This document shows positions 24,028 to 26,237 of a DNA stretch of 26,237 bases, in pieces. Location of the stretch: positions 62,001-88,237 of the IMG/VR virus record IMGVR_UViG_3300011768_000001; one strand, 5' to 3'. Every line of letters starts with the position of its first letter. The stretch's first letter is position 1. The translations under genes were made by a program, and so were the position numbers. The stretch is from an uncultured virus (IMG/VR IMGVR_UViG_3300011768_000001). Taxonomy: Duplodnaviria; Heunggongvirae; Uroviricota; Caudoviricetes. The notes beneath the pieces are model-generated. The model searched no databases, was not told the origin of the DNA, and worked only from the letters and a program-made list of their open reading frames with translations.

Positions 24028-24204
24028 ATTATTTACTCTCCCATTTAGCTTGATCAATAATAGCTTTATCCCATACTCTGAGTTGCTCTTCTTCAGACAT
24101 CTTTTTAAAAGCTATATCAAGTTCTTTTTGATAATTCCCTGTATAAACTTCACCGTCCCATTGTTCATAATCATTATCTTCCATATCATTTACTCTCCCA
24201 TTTA
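24025..24204. repeat. 23-bp direct repeats flanking one small gene
   Basis: 24025-24047 and 24182-24204, 22/23 identical. Confidence 0.85.
24029..24184 (-). CDS. hypothetical protein, 51 aa
   Basis: Start MEDNDY with GGAG RBS. Confidence 0.65.
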   Translation of the reverse strand: MEDNDYEQWDGEVYTGNYQKELDIAFKKMSEEEQLRVWDKAIIDQAKWESK

Positions 24205-24377
24205 TCCAATCCAAATTCTTTGGCCGCGCGATTCATCAAGACACCTAAAGAACTATTGTACATGATTACTTTACCGCTCTCAACAATCTCCCAAGATTTC
24301 TCTTGTATGTTCTTGGAGACTGTGTAGCCTGGGGCTATGATTTCTCGTTTGATGTGGCTTGCTAAGGTGTTTTTCAC
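24186..24377 (-). CDS. hypothetical protein
   Basis: ORF with GAGGA RBS. Confidence 0.7.
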   Translation of the reverse strand: MKNTLASHIKREIIAPGYTVSKNIQEKSWEIVESGKVIMYNSSLGVLMNRAAKEFGLDKWESK

Positions 24378-24865
24378 AATTTTAATTCCTCGATCTGTTT
24401 ATCCAACCGTTCAATCTTGCGTTCAAGATAATTTTTCTCATCTTGTGCATCACCACGTTGTTTCAATAGTTTCTTCAAGACAGCAGCTTTACTGATTTCT
24501 GAACCTTTTGGTTTAGCCCACTGCTTTGTGCATTGATAGCTTACGTTGACAACACCCTCATAATCATCTTTAGCGTATTCATGCACAAATTCATAGTCAT
24601 TGAGATTACAGATAAACTTTAAATCAAAGCTTTCTGTGTTAACGTAGTTTGAGTAGTCACGAGCAAGACCTGTATAGGTGAAAACCTCTGTCTCATATTC
24701 CTTGTTCTTGAAAGGCCAATAGTTGAACGTGTCAACAAGGACAATATCTCCAAACTTGTCGGCACGAGCTACACAGCGACCATCACGGAACCAGTAAGGG
24801 TCAGTGGAAGGACCAAGCCCTGCTTTCCAAGTGTAAGTGAAATAATCCCCATCTCTTATGCTCAT
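24374..24865 (-). CDS. hypothetical protein with a C-terminal coiled coil
   Basis: ORF with AGGAG RBS. Confidence 0.8.
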   Translation of the reverse strand: MSIRDGDYFTYTWKAGLGPSTDPYWFRDGRCVARADKFGDIVLVDTFNYWPFKNKEYETEVFTYTGLARDYSNYVNTESFDLKFICNLNDYEFVHEYAKDDYEGVVNVSYQCTKQWAKPKGSEISKAAVLKKLLKQRGDAQDEKNYLERKIERLDKQIEELKL

Positions 24866-24870
24866 TTGGT

Positions 24871-25041
24871 TTACTCCTGTTTAATCCATCCACCGCCATG
24901 GATTGTGCTGTAGTGAGCCAAATCTTCTTTTGTCACAGCGTATCGGTGCGTTCCATTACTCTCAATAAATGCTTCTGGAAATTTTTCCTTAATTAAGGCT
25001 GTCCATTCTTCCAAAGTACCTTCAAATTCAACAGTTTTCAC
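24871..25041 (-). CDS. hypothetical protein, 56 aa (MKTVEFEGTLEEW...)
   Basis: Hand translation; GTG start with GGAG RBS. Confidence 0.65.
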   Translation of the reverse strand: MKTVEFEGTLEEWTALIKEKFPEAFIESNGTHRYAVTKEDLAHYSTIHGGGWIKQE

Positions 25042-25085
25042 ATTATCTCTCCAATTACATTTGTGTGTTTTGTTTCGATGGAATG

Positions 25086-25144
25086 ATTATGCCAAAGAAA
25101 AAGCCCACAGCATAGACAATAATTTATATTGAATACTGTGGGCT
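25086..25144 (-). terminator. intrinsic terminator overlapping a probable extended -10 promoter
   Basis: AGCCCACAG/CTGTGGGCT stem, then TTTTCTT, then TGG-CATAAT. Confidence 0.65.
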
Positions 25145-25159
25145 GATAGATTTTGTTAA

Positions 25160-25429
25160 TTATTTCTTGAGTGTGTACACATTCTTTGTTGTCACGATTG
25201 TTTTCTTTTCAAATCCCTCTTGAACTGTAATATCCATCCAACCCCATTGATCAGAAACCACAACAGATACATGGGCGAAGCTTCCATCTATAGAATTTTC
25301 AAGATAAAAACATTGAAGCATATCTCGCTTATGTGGCTCTGTGGACAAATCTAGTGAGTCTTCTGGATCATATCCATTACTTCTACACCATTCGTCGAAG
25401 TCACTATAGTTTTCAAATTCATGTATCAC
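25160..25429 (-). CDS. hypothetical protein
   Basis: ORF with AGGAG RBS. Confidence 0.75.
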   Translation of the reverse strand: MIHEFENYSDFDEWCRSNGYDPEDSLDLSTEPHKRDMLQCFYLENSIDGSFAHVSVVVSDQWGWMDITVQEGFEKKTIVTTKNVYTLKK

Positions 25430-25596
25430 TTATTCAACTCCTTAATATATTTATCAACACTATCCATTGCATCTTTGATTTCCCACCAGATAGCGGTCAA
25501 TTTCTCATCTTCTGTGTCAATATCTGTCACTTCATTGAGAGCATTTTCAAGCCGCTCATGACATTCAATGAGTGCAACTGTCTTCTCGATGGTCAT
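25426..25596 (-). CDS. hypothetical protein, 56 aa (MTIEKTVALIE...)
   Basis: Hand translation; coupled at both ends. Confidence 0.65.
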   Translation of the reverse strand: MTIEKTVALIECHERLENALNEVTDIDTEDEKLTAIWWEIKDAMDSVDKYIKELNK

Positions 25597-25754
25597 TTGC
25601 CTGCTCCAATAATTGTAGTAATAACACGTTCTTTATCACACTTAACACATTTCTCAACATGTTGAGACTTACAAGGCCAATCATCGTTTAGAGCAAGAAA
25701 CAGATTATGCTTATGTTTCCATTCATGTTTACAGAACCAAGATTTAATGTTCAT
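25593..25754 (-). CDS. small zinc-ribbon protein
   Basis: Start MNIKSW; CKHEW...CVKC. Confidence 0.7.
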   Translation of the reverse strand: MNIKSWFCKHEWKHKHNLFLALNDDWPCKSQHVEKCVKCDKERVITTIIGAGK

Positions 25755-25905
25755 AATTTGTAGTCCTATTTGAGTATGCACTTTTTTGGCACTCATTATA
25801 ATCTCCTACTTCTTGATTATAATATTCCCAGAATTCATCCTCCGTAATTGTTTTGGATTCAAGTTGCACTAGAAGATCTTGCCTAATAGACTCTAAGTAA
25901 TTCAC
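25744..25905 (-). CDS. hypothetical protein, 53 aa (MNYLESIRQD...)
   Basis: Hand translation; GTGA coupling. Confidence 0.55.
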   Translation of the reverse strand: MNYLESIRQDLLVQLESKTITEDEFWEYYNQEVGDYNECQKSAYSNRTTNYEH

Positions 25906-26084
25906 TTTACTTTCCATTTCTTTTCAAGAAATTTGTAGATATCTACTAGCATACGTTCATGAGTATCAAAATCATCCTCGTCACAATCGTTCATAAAATC
26001 GCATACAGACGGAATGTCTGCAAGAACATCCGAAACAACTACACGGTCTTTCTCAAACTGGTCTTGCTCTTTACAGTAGCTCAT
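25902..26084 (-). CDS. hypothetical protein
   Basis: ORF with AGGAG RBS. Confidence 0.7.
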   Translation of the reverse strand: MSYCKEQDQFEKDRVVVSDVLADIPSVCDFMNDCDEDDFDTHERMLVDIYKFLEKKWKVK

Positions 26085-26236
26085 TATTTATTGTCTCCTT
26101 TATATAAAATTCTATAATCCCAGTAACAAGTTAGCTTAGGATCACCAAACTGATCAAACCCATCATCCCAACGCAACGGATGAATTTCTATTACTGGAAT
26201 GTTGTCAAAATAATACGTCTCAACCTTATCATGGTT
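26084..26236 (-). CDS. partial hypothetical protein, 5' end outside the window (...YWDYRILYKGDNK)
   Basis: Open frame from the window edge to a TAA adjoining the next start. Confidence 0.55.
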   Translation of the reverse strand, partial: NHDKVETYYFDNIPVIEIHPLRWDDGFDQFGDPKLTCYWDYRILYKGDNK

Positions 26237-26237
26237 T

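Noticed and set aside
1215..25665. Antisense and alternate-frame ORFs in the track (e.g. 1215-1496, 4443-4856, 6254-6649, 7388-7801, 19353-19553, 21708-21908, 22756-23058, 25333-25665)
   Set aside because: They shadow better-supported genes on the locally coding strand and lack RBS or motifs

Overview
A 26 kb segment of an AT-rich tailed dsDNA phage genome that looks lytic. It contains no structural, integrase, tRNA or CRISPR features. The host is probably Pseudomonas; this is inferred from the dif arm, an EF-Ts-like motif and a Pseudomonas-prophage-like gene. The phoH / ClpP-like / dCMP deaminase / phosphatase gene set recalls PAK_P1- and phiPsa374-type myoviruses. Layout: (1) 1-2451, leftward genes headed by a family-A/T7-RNAP-like small polymerase that is split only by an assembly gap; (2) 2752-15109, a rightward block with phoH, an HNH endonuclease, a ClpP-like protease, dCMP deaminase, a Ser/Thr phosphatase, a GIY-YIG-like endonuclease, an HTH protein and many small ORFs; (3) 14820-15975, a mostly non-coding convergence zone with two arrays of palindromic sites, terminators and a near-perfect XerC/XerD dif site; (4) 15997-26237, a leftward early/host-takeover-type block of small genes driven by strong sigma70 promoters. 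Block 4 includes an EF-Ts N-terminal mimic, a second deaminase, another HNH, paralogous genes and a GC-rich imported gene. Two N-gaps lie at 1790-1799 and 9268-9277. All calls come from reading motifs by eye; no searches were run.
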